A stretch of 32,000 nucleotides of DNA, taken from positions 1,260,001-1,292,000 of the forward strand of contig NC_013926.1 of the NCBI RefSeq assembly GCF_000025665.1. The letters run 5' to 3'. The first letter of the stretch is position 1; each line of letters starts with the position of its first letter. This DNA is from Aciduliprofundum boonei T469 (GTDB lineage Archaea; Thermoplasmatota; Thermoplasmata; Thermoplasmatales; Aciduliprofundaceae). Shown here in pieces: positions 24,365 to 32,000 of this stretch. Both the position numbers and the translations under genes were made by a program. Below the pieces are notes generated by a model that saw only the letters and a program-made list of their open reading frames with translations, searched no databases and was not told where the DNA came from.

Positions 24365-25770
24365 CTAAACCTCTTCAACCGGACTTTGGGATCAAGGAAC
24401 TCTCTTAAAGCATCACCAATTAAATTGAAAGATATAACAGTTAGGAATATGAATATACCAGGGAATACTGATGACCACCATATTCCCTGCGTTATATATG
24501 TGGCTTCCTTTGATATCATAAGACCCCAATCTGGAGTTGGTGGTTGAGCTCCTAGTCCTAAGAATGCTAGAGCCGCTTCGGCTAGGATAACTGTACCCAT
24601 ATCCAAAGTTGCCTGCACTATTATAGGTGCAAGAGAATTTGGAAATATGAATTTGCTTATAATTGTCATATTCTTTATTCCCGCTGCCTTAGCAGCCATA
24701 ACATAAGGTCTCTCTCTAAGTGATAAAACCATATTACGCATTATTCTAGTGTACCAGGGCCACCAAGCTATGGCAATAGCAAACATCGCATTCATAAGAT
24801 TAGGACCAAAAGTTACCGATAATACCATTGCAAGAAGTAGTGCAGGAAATGCCAAGAATATATCTGTAATACGCATTATAATTTCATCCATAGCACCCCC
24901 ATAATAACCTGCAAATGCACCCAATGGTACACCTATTAGCATTGATAACGCAACAACAATAACTGCTACCATTAACGCAATTCTAGTACCAAAAAACACC
25001 CTACTCATTACATCTCTATCATAGTAATCGGTACCAAATGGATGTTGCCAGCTAGGTGGTCTCCAAAAATCAACACCTATTTTTCCCATCCTATTCTCCG
25101 AAATAATTATAACATTAACTGTTGTAGAGGCATCAATCTTTACAGAATCAGCTCCACTTTTTATAGAAATCAAAGTGTTCCAAGCTATGGATACATTTGT
25201 AGTAGTGTTTGGTAAAGTCACATTTCTCCTTCCTCCGACATTCACATATGTCGGAAATTGCTCGCCAGGAGATACAAAGGCAGACTCAATATCTGTAAGA
25301 TTCACATACAAAGTCGTTACATTCTTTATCTCAATGAATATTGTCATATTCATCTTTACTTTTACTGGAGTATTTTGGGATATACTAGCACTAAATTCAG
25401 TTTGATTATCTACAACCATGGTCATTGAAGCATTTCCCACGGTCAATGTAGTTGAACCTTTATCATAGGGAGTAAAAGTCCATTCTTTATAGTTACCCAC
25501 AGAAACAAAACCATACGATTTAAAACTAGAATATACTGTTGTATTTCCAATACCCTCATAGGATGTGCCTACAGTCATAGCATCTTCCGGATAAGGAGAG
25601 ATCCATGGTGCAAATATTGCTATTATTATAAGAGAGAGCATGAGTATAATACCTATTTTCATTAGAGGGTTACTCCAAACTATTTTAAATCCTATTTTCC
25701 ATTCTTTAAGCTGTTCTTCGTGATTTTCGATGAAACTACGATATTTCTCTTTAAATCCTCCGAGACTCAT
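24361..25770 (-). CDS. oppC: Oligopeptide ABC transporter permease (OppC-type) with a large extracytoplasmic insertion
   Basis: The 469-aa ORF has the conserved PPSWQHPFGTDYYDRDVMSRV, and permease core helices and an EAA-like loop (AAKAAGIKNMTIISKFIFPNSLAPIIV). The ORF starts and ends in 4-nt overlaps with oppB and oppD. Confidence 0.85.
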   Translation of the reverse strand: MSLGGFKEKYRSFIENHEEQLKEWKIGFKIVWSNPLMKIGIILMLSLIIIAIFAPWISPYPEDAMTVGTSYEGIGNTTVYSSFKSYGFVSVGNYKEWTFTPYDKGSTTLTVGNASMTMVVDNQTEFSASISQNTPVKVKMNMTIFIEIKNVTTLYVNLTDIESAFVSPGEQFPTYVNVGGRRNVTLPNTTTNVSIAWNTLISIKSGADSVKIDASTTVNVIIISENRMGKIGVDFWRPPSWQHPFGTDYYDRDVMSRVFFGTRIALMVAVIVVALSMLIGVPLGAFAGYYGGAMDEIIMRITDIFLAFPALLLAMVLSVTFGPNLMNAMFAIAIAWWPWYTRIMRNMVLSLRERPYVMAAKAAGIKNMTIISKFIFPNSLAPIIVQATLDMGTVILAEAALAFLGLGAQPPTPDWGLMISKEATYITQGIWWSSVFPGIFIFLTVISFNLIGDALREFLDPKVRLKRFR

Positions 25771-26825
25771 GCCTTCTCCCCCAAGGTAATTCTAGGATCT
25801 ATGTAAACCTGAATGATGTCTACTATTAGATTCACAATAACATAGAATAGAGAAACAACTACAACCATTCCCATTATCACTGTATAATCCAAATTAAGAA
25901 GCGCCATACCCGCAAACCATCCTATACCTCCCCATCCAAATATCCATTCCACATAGAACGCTCCTGTGAGCATGTAAGCAAAGTTTAATCCTGTTATTGT
26001 TAAAGTTGGCCCAAGAGCATTCTTTAGTGCATATTTTGTTATTAACCTTTTAGGGAGACCCATTGCTCGTGCAGAGTATATGTATTGCTCATCCATAACT
26101 TCCAAAAGGGTGGCTCTAGTCATTCTTGCTATTGCCCCAAATGGATACGAGGCCATAGCGATAGATGGCAATATAAGATGCCAAGCCACATCGCCAAACA
26201 TTTTAAAATTACCCTGAACAAGGGTATCTATAAGATAGAATCCCGTTATAGTATGAAATGGATATTGATGGAATAATTGAGGATCGTATCTTCCACTTAT
26301 TGGAAACCATCCCATCCAGCTTCCAAATATAAATTGAAGAAGTATGGCTAGCCAAAAAGCAGGTAGAGATACGCCGCTAATAGAAATTATTCTCATAATA
26401 TGGTCTGTAAACTTATTCTGCTTCTTTGCACTGATTACTCCAACTGCCACACCTGCTACAAAAGCAATGACAATTGATACAAAAATTAGTTCCAATGTCG
26501 CAGGTAATCTATTGATTATCTCCTCTCCCACAGGTTTATGGGTACGCATAGAGATGCCCATATCAAATTTCAAGAAGAGATTATAGAGGTAATAACCATA
26601 CTGCACCCATAACGGTTTATCTAACCCAAATTTCTCCCTTGCAGCTTTAAGCATCATCTCTGCTTCATTTACCTCTGTAGCAGGATTATCTCTAGGATTT
26701 CCAGCATACATAGCGGCAAGATCCACGGGAAGAGCATGCATTAAAATGAATGTAATGAGAGTAATGCCTATTATTATGAATATCGTAAATATCAGCCTGC
26801 GTATTATGTAATCCCTAATATTCAT
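25767..26825 (-). CDS. oppB: Oligopeptide ABC transporter permease (OppB-type)
   Basis: The 352-aa polytopic protein has the EAA-like loop YIYSARAMGLPKRLITKYALKNALGPTLT. Confidence 0.88.
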   Translation of the reverse strand: MNIRDYIIRRLIFTIFIIIGITLITFILMHALPVDLAAMYAGNPRDNPATEVNEAEMMLKAAREKFGLDKPLWVQYGYYLYNLFLKFDMGISMRTHKPVGEEIINRLPATLELIFVSIVIAFVAGVAVGVISAKKQNKFTDHIMRIISISGVSLPAFWLAILLQFIFGSWMGWFPISGRYDPQLFHQYPFHTITGFYLIDTLVQGNFKMFGDVAWHLILPSIAMASYPFGAIARMTRATLLEVMDEQYIYSARAMGLPKRLITKYALKNALGPTLTITGLNFAYMLTGAFYVEWIFGWGGIGWFAGMALLNLDYTVIMGMVVVVSLFYVIVNLIVDIIQVYIDPRITLGEKA

Positions 26826-26885
26826 CGGATCACCGTTTGAGTGGTAGTATGATTAATATACAAAAAAATAAAAAATATTTAATTT

Positions 26886-28757
26886 TTATTCACCAATATA
26901 GTACAGCTGGTAGAAGAATATTGTTCTTGGATAGTACAGGTTAGGAGTATAGCCGCCTATGTTTGATTTCATAGAAAGAACGCTTTGTACATCTATGAGA
27001 AACAGTGCAGGTGCTTGGTCAATGAGAAGGTTCATTGCCTTGACATACAAACTTTTCGCAGTAGATGGATCTGTGGATGTCTTTATGTAAGCTTGCCAGA
27101 GTAAGCTATCATAGGTGCTGTTGTACCAGTAACAGAGATTGAAGAGTGGTGGATAGCTATGGTCGGCAAACATGGAATTTAGGTTATCATATCCATCAGC
27201 CATACTGGGCCACCAAAGAATCATGAATATGTCCTGCTTTGGTCCAAAGACCTTCTTCAGGAATGTCTCATTAGTGAGCCAGTCAGCCGGTTTATCAGCA
27301 GGTACCTGCCTTGCTAGAGACCACTGTGTCTTCCACTCCAATGCATTTATCTTCACAAATATGCCAAGGTCTGCAAGAGATTTCTGGATTACAGGTGCAT
27401 ATGCAGCCTCTACTGCATTTTCGGCGGTATAGTTCAATCGAAGTATCATCCATGCATTGCTACCATCTTCAGCCATTGGTTTTCCATCAGTAGTTGAAGA
27501 GGGATAACCTGCAGCGGCAAGTAGATCTTTTGCTTTTTGAATGTCATAATTGTACTGCTTCAATAGACTATCCACATCGGCTGTATGCGGCCATAATCCA
27601 TAAGGAACAGGACCCTTTGCCTGTCTACCATATCCAAGGACTCCAGCTCTTAAAACTTCTTGGTAATTTATTCCATATGAAATTGCTTGTCTAACTTCTT
27701 TGTGAGTGAATGGATATGGATCTAAACCCTGTTTTGCTAGTTCTGGATGGTATGCCCAAATGTTTATGTAACCTATGTAGTTATATGCACTTGGTGAGAT
27801 ATAAACTGATATTTTTGGATCCTTTTTAAGATTATCAATAGCACTCAAATCAGTAGCTTTAGCAATATCTATCTCTCCAGCCTGTAATTTCTGAGTTTGT
27901 GTGCTTGGCTGTGGAGTTGTTAAATCAATATCTACCTCTTTATACTGGGTATCGTTCCATCCTCCCCAGTATTTATCGTAACCCTTTAGTACAATCTTCT
28001 TGCCAGTTTGGTAATCGCTTAGAGTATAAGGACCAGAGCCCAAATCATGACCTTGCTCAAACCACCCATGCAAAGAGCTTTCATTCACACCTTCCGGCAA
28101 TTTAGAGCTGAATATCCATGCTCCGTAGATAGCGGCGGCCACACGGTCTAGTGGAATAGCATAGGTAAGGTGGAATACTACAGTGTAATCATCCGGAGCG
28201 GTTATATTTACATGCAAAGTCTTCCAGTTATCCACCACTGGCCACCATAGAAAGCCTGCACCTTCATAAGTAGTGTAGAATGTAGTTAAAGTTCGCTGTA
28301 TTGAGAATATAACATCCTGAGCGTCAAGAGTATCTCCATTATGAAAAGTCACATTATGTCTCAGATGGAAAGTCCATGTTAAGCCATTACTTGAAACTTC
28401 CCAAGATGTGGCTAGTGCAGGCCCAAAAGGTTTACCGCTTCCCGGGGGATTTGCCCATATTAAAGGCTCGTAAATATTTGCTAAATACTCAGCTTCTGTA
28501 GAGTATGAATACGATGGATCCCAGGTCGTAACATCCGAAGTACCCGCTACATACAAAACCTTAGGCGCCACTACCGGTTTTTTATTCTCTTCGCCATGCT
28601 GAGACATCATCCATACACCTGCAATCGCTGCTATGACAATGATCACTGCAACAATGGCTGCTATAATCTTCCCAAGAGATTTTGATTTCGGTGGTTTACT
28701 AGTACTTTTAGGTTCTTCAAAAACCTCTTCAATTTCTTCTTTTTCTTCATCACCCAT
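26886..28757 (-). CDS. oppA: ABC transporter substrate-binding protein, family 5 (peptide/nickel, OppA-type), TM-anchored
   Basis: The 623-aa ORF is the first gene of the opp operon. An acidic N-terminal tail and one TM helix (IIAAIVAVIIVIAAIAGVWMM) precede a family-5 SBP-like body. SD GGGGTG lies 5 nt before the ATG. Confidence 0.8.
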   Translation of the reverse strand: MGDEEKEEIEEVFEEPKSTSKPPKSKSLGKIIAAIVAVIIVIAAIAGVWMMSQHGEENKKPVVAPKVLYVAGTSDVTTWDPSYSYSTEAEYLANIYEPLIWANPPGSGKPFGPALATSWEVSSNGLTWTFHLRHNVTFHNGDTLDAQDVIFSIQRTLTTFYTTYEGAGFLWWPVVDNWKTLHVNITAPDDYTVVFHLTYAIPLDRVAAAIYGAWIFSSKLPEGVNESSLHGWFEQGHDLGSGPYTLSDYQTGKKIVLKGYDKYWGGWNDTQYKEVDIDLTTPQPSTQTQKLQAGEIDIAKATDLSAIDNLKKDPKISVYISPSAYNYIGYINIWAYHPELAKQGLDPYPFTHKEVRQAISYGINYQEVLRAGVLGYGRQAKGPVPYGLWPHTADVDSLLKQYNYDIQKAKDLLAAAGYPSSTTDGKPMAEDGSNAWMILRLNYTAENAVEAAYAPVIQKSLADLGIFVKINALEWKTQWSLARQVPADKPADWLTNETFLKKVFGPKQDIFMILWWPSMADGYDNLNSMFADHSYPPLFNLCYWYNSTYDSLLWQAYIKTSTDPSTAKSLYVKAMNLLIDQAPALFLIDVQSVLSMKSNIGGYTPNLYYPRTIFFYQLYYIGE

Positions 28758-28921
28758 TTATACACCCCTTCTTTGGCGTGGAAGTTATCTCTCACACCAT
28801 ATATAAACCTTTCGATAATCGTCATAATTTCAGATTGTTTTGAAAAATTTTCGTAAACAATTTAAAAACATTATAACGAAAACATTAAATATAGTCTAAA
28901 AAATATCCACTGGGTGTTTGG

Positions 28922-30757
28922 TTGAATATGAAGGGGTATGTTGGCACTATAGTGAGAATAAATTTAAGTGATGTGCGCTATGAAATTGAAGACACTGAAA
29001 ATTATCCCATCTATGATTTTCTAGGTGGCCGAGGACTTGGAGCCAAACTTCTTTTAGATATGACCAATAAAACCACGGAACCATTAAGCGAGGAAAATCC
29101 CTTGATGTTTCTCACAGGCCCTTATACGGGAACTCCAGGGATATCATCTGCCTTTTACAATGTCACAACTAAAGCACCTTTAACAAGAACTCCATCGGGC
29201 TCGCATTCTGGAGGATTCTGGGGACCACATTTGAAGAGGGCAGGGTTCGATGGAATAATCGTAGAGGGAAGAGCAGATAAGCCTGTATATATTTATATTG
29301 AAGATGGAAAGGTAAGCATAGAGGATGCCACTAATTTATGGGGAAAGGGAGTATTTGAAACCACCGATTATCTGGAGAGAAAGTATCCTTCGGCTAAAAT
29401 TGCAGCCATAGGACCAGCAGGAGAGAATTTAGTTTGGTATGCATCCATTATGAATGATAAATATAGGGCAGTGGGTAGAACTGGGGCAGGAGCTGTTATG
29501 GGGAGCAAGCTACTTAAGGCAATAGTGGTAAAAGGGAAACACAGGGTTGAAGTTGCAGACCCACAGGGATTAAAGGATGTGTTTGCAGAGGCTTTGAAAA
29601 ACACAAGGGTGAAAGCCGCCAAAGTTTCTGAGTTGGGTACCCCTGCAATGATTCCTGTCACAAATTCTACAGGTACATTACCCACAAGAAACTTTCAGCA
29701 GGGATCATATGAAAAGGCTGATAATTTGGATCCAAAGAAGCTGCGATACGAGTTTACGAAGAAAAAGGTGGCTTGCTATGGGTGTCCTATCAGATGCTCT
29801 AATTTTACCGAAGCAGAATATGAAGGAATAAGAGTGAAAGGTGAAGGGCCAGAGTATGAGACCACCATGGCCTTTGGCTCCAATATTGACAATGACGATT
29901 ACAATCTCTTAATAGTGGCCAATGCTCTTTGCAATGATTACGGTATGGATACCATAACCGCTGGAGACACAATTGCCTTCTTTATGGAGCTTTATGAGAG
30001 GGGAATCCTAACTAAGGAGGAAGTGGATAACTTGGATTTCAGATTTGGAAACAAGGAGATAATATTGGATCTTCTGCACAAGATTGCAAAAAGAGAGGGC
30101 GTGGGCGAACTTCTATCTTTAGGCGTAAGAGAAGCTTCCAAGCGTATAGGAAGGGGCTCTGAGAGATATGCGATTCATGTAAAAGGATTGGAGCCTCCAG
30201 GATACGATCCCAGAGGAAGTGTGGGAATGGGATTGAATTATGCTACGAGCAACAGAGGCGCATGTCATTTGCGAGCAGCTATGTATGTGCCCGAGCTACT
30301 ATACAAGACAATGGATAGGTTCCAAATAAGGGGCAAGCATGAGTATATAAGAGATTTTCAAAACGTACTTGCCGTTGTGGATTCCATGATAATGTGCAAA
30401 TTTGGAAGTCGTTATGGATACTTGGATGATGCAGACACTATTGCCAAAGCTCTGACAGTGGTTACAGGCTATGAGTACTCGGGAGAGGAAATACTAAAGA
30501 TAGGGGATAGGATATGGAACATGGAGAGACTCTTTCTCCTTAGAGAAGGATATACCCACAGAGACGATACCTTGCCCGAGAGATTCTTTGAGGAGCCTGT
30601 GGATGTTGGTAATGGAGATAAGAGAGCTATTAACAAAGAAGAGTTCCATCAGGCCATAAAAGATTGGTATAGAGCGAGAGGATGGGATGAAAGTGGAAGG
30701 CCCACAAGATGGAAATTGGAAGAATTGGGATTGGATGAATATATTGGAAAATTTTGA
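28922..30757 (+). CDS. aor: Tungsten-type aldehyde:ferredoxin oxidoreductase (AOR family)
   Basis: It has the N-terminal GTIVRINLSD, the pterin-binding GEGPEYETTMAFGSN and GMDTITAG, and the 4Fe-4S ligand motif CYGCPIRC. The track start is TTG 28922; ATG 28928 (MKGYVG...) is more likely. Confidence 0.9.
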   Translation: MNMKGYVGTIVRINLSDVRYEIEDTENYPIYDFLGGRGLGAKLLLDMTNKTTEPLSEENPLMFLTGPYTGTPGISSAFYNVTTKAPLTRTPSGSHSGGFWGPHLKRAGFDGIIVEGRADKPVYIYIEDGKVSIEDATNLWGKGVFETTDYLERKYPSAKIAAIGPAGENLVWYASIMNDKYRAVGRTGAGAVMGSKLLKAIVVKGKHRVEVADPQGLKDVFAEALKNTRVKAAKVSELGTPAMIPVTNSTGTLPTRNFQQGSYEKADNLDPKKLRYEFTKKKVACYGCPIRCSNFTEAEYEGIRVKGEGPEYETTMAFGSNIDNDDYNLLIVANALCNDYGMDTITAGDTIAFFMELYERGILTKEEVDNLDFRFGNKEIILDLLHKIAKREGVGELLSLGVREASKRIGRGSERYAIHVKGLEPPGYDPRGSVGMGLNYATSNRGACHLRAAMYVPELLYKTMDRFQIRGKHEYIRDFQNVLAVVDSMIMCKFGSRYGYLDDADTIAKALTVVTGYEYSGEEILKIGDRIWNMERLFLLREGYTHRDDTLPERFFEEPVDVGNGDKRAINKEEFHQAIKDWYRARGWDESGRPTRWKLEELGLDEYIGKF

Positions 30758-30768
30758 GGTGATGTGAT

Positions 30769-32000
30769 ATGGAAGGCCCTAAAATAAAAGTAGTTCCCCC
30801 GGGACCAAAATCTCAAGAGATTTTGAAACTAAAGGATAAATATGTGGCTCGGGGGATGAGTGTAGCGCATCCGATTGTTGTGGAGAGAGCACATGGAGCG
30901 TTTGTGGAGGATGTCGATGGAAATGTATACATAGATTTTGCTGGAGGTATAGGAGTTATTAATGCTGGGCACACTCCTGATGAGGTTGTGGAGGCAATAA
31001 AGGAGCAAAGCGAGAAGCTACTCCATACATGCTTCATGGTCCTGCCCTATGAACCATTCCTTCATCTTGCAGAGAGAATGGTACAGATCACACCTGCGAA
31101 TTTGGAAAAGGTGGCCCTTTTTAACAGTGGTGCTGAGGCTGTTGAAAATGCCATAAAAATTGCAATTTACAGCACAGGAAAGCAGGGGATAATTACCTTT
31201 GACCACGCATTTCACGGAAGGACAAGAATGGGCATGACCCTTACTGGAAAGAACAAACCATACAAATACAAGCTTGGAATGCCCATACCTGGTATATGGC
31301 AATTGCCCTATCCCTATCCCTATAGATGCATGGGCGGTAAAAAGACGGATCCAGAGGAATGTTTGCAAAGAACTTTGGAGTACATAGATTTCAAGCTTAG
31401 AACCCACATCTCTCCAGATGAAACTGCTGCATTCATAGCCGAGCCCTTGCAGGGAGAGGGAGGGTTTATAGTGCCCCCCAAGGGATTTTTCCCAGAGTTG
31501 AAGAAAATTGCAGAGGAAAATGAAATGCTGCTTATTGATGATGAGATTCAGAGTGGCTTCGGTCGTACAGGAAAGATGTGGGCTACCGAGCATTTCGGAA
31601 CAGAGCCCCATATAATGACCTTTGCAAAATCTGTGGCCTCTGGATTACCACTCTCAGGTGTGATTGGAGAAGCTGAGATTATGGATTCTGTGCATCCTGG
31701 TGGTCTAGGAGGTACCTATGGAGGAAACCCTGTGGCATGTGCAGCTGCTCTCAAAACCATAGATATAATTGAGAAAAATCTTGATAATGCTGTGAAGATT
31801 GGAGATATCATACACAAGCGTTTTATAGATATGCAGGATGAATTCAAAATAATAGGGGATGTTCGAGGCTTAGGTCCAATGATAGCTATGGAACTTGTTA
31901 AAGATAGGGAAACTCAGGAGCCCGCTACGGAGGAAACCAAAAAGATACTGCATAAAGCTCTTGAAAAGGGTCTTATCTTAATAAAAGCGGGATTATTCAG
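30769..32000 (+). CDS. Class III PLP-dependent aminotransferase (4-aminobutyrate/ornithine aminotransferase-like), 3'-truncated by the window end
   Basis: This gene is not in the ORF track because it runs off the window. I translated it by hand from ATG 30769, with GAGGTGA 6 nt upstream: MEGPKIKVVPPGPKSQEILKLKDKYVARGMS... Motifs are GGIGVINAGH, DEIQSGFGRTGKMWA and the PLP-lysine context MTFAKSVASGLPLSG. Confidence 0.85.
   Translation, partial: MEGPKIKVVPPGPKSQEILKLKDKYVARGMSVAHPIVVERAHGAFVEDVDGNVYIDFAGGIGVINAGHTPDEVVEAIKEQSEKLLHTCFMVLPYEPFLHLAERMVQITPANLEKVALFNSGAEAVENAIKIAIYSTGKQGIITFDHAFHGRTRMGMTLTGKNKPYKYKLGMPIPGIWQLPYPYPYRCMGGKKTDPEECLQRTLEYIDFKLRTHISPDETAAFIAEPLQGEGGFIVPPKGFFPELKKIAEENEMLLIDDEIQSGFGRTGKMWATEHFGTEPHIMTFAKSVASGLPLSGVIGEAEIMDSVHPGGLGGTYGGNPVACAAALKTIDIIEKNLDNAVKIGDIIHKRFIDMQDEFKIIGDVRGLGPMIAMELVKDRETQEPATEETKKILHKALEKGLILIKAGLF

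Noticed and set aside
30813-31611. Minus-strand ORFs 30813-31037 and 31018-31611 from the ORF track.
   Set aside because: They lie antisense to the plus-strand aminotransferase gene (30769 onward). That gene has strong family motifs and is missing from the track only because it has no stop inside the window.
1-32000. A search for CRISPR arrays, rRNA/tRNA genes, IS elements, integrases or prophage genes.
   Set aside because: I found no regularly spaced direct repeats, no GC-rich RNA-gene-sized islands other than 6306-6382, and no ORF with transposase, integrase or viral hallmarks. Intergenic space is minimal throughout.

Overview
This is a gene-dense, AT-rich archaeal chromosome segment. By eye it is roughly mid-30s % GC, with intergenic stretches in the 20s. 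Archaeal identity rests on a complete archaellum operon, mevalonate kinase, TATA-box promoters and GGTGAT-type Shine-Dalgarno sites. The lineage cannot be determined here. The gene content (Opp peptide importer, M42 peptidase, tungsten-type aldehyde:ferredoxin oxidoreductase, class III aminotransferase) fits a thermophilic, peptide-fermenting euryarchaeon, possibly Thermoplasmata/DHVE2-like, but that is a guess.

Layout, left to right:
- 104-6263 (-): flaB, flaF-like, flaG, flaH, flaI, flaJ.
- 6468-8435 (-): mvk and an M42 aminopeptidase.
- 8511-13268: housekeeping and regulatory genes (wHTH regulator, small acidic protein, LigT, GcvH, RlmE, TraB-like protein, COG1395-type HTH regulator, and a clear phosphoribulokinase homolog).
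- 13330-16323 (-): a single-gene island of about 50-57 % GC encoding a fused nuclease-methyltransferase-specificity (Type IIG) restriction-modification enzyme.
- 16460-19552 (-): a 1030-aa parallel beta-helix surface protein with a PEF-type C-terminal sorting signal.
- 19638-20393 (-): a membrane-anchored NERD nuclease-domain protein.
- 20424-21296 (+): a nitrilase-superfamily hydrolase.
- 21293-28757 (-): a six-gene operon, oppA-B-C-D-F plus a translationally coupled, apparently exported class I glutamine-amidotransferase-like hydrolase.
- 28922 to the window end (+): aor and a partial aminotransferase that is missing from the ORF track.

No rRNA, tRNA, CRISPR array, transposase or integrase was seen.

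Most interesting observations:
1. The compositionally foreign Type IIG gene, which carries an internal host-like low-GC patch.
2. A GC-rich nested-hairpin element in the archaellin leader containing several SD and anti-SD heptamers.
3. An exported GATase-like enzyme with an intact Cys-His-Glu triad, coupled to the Opp operon.
4. A FlaF-like protein with a propeller-like extension.
5. The membrane-anchored NERD protein close to the R-M gene.

I see no clear multi-gene novel system. The candidates above are single genes or gene pairs that need database and structure searches.
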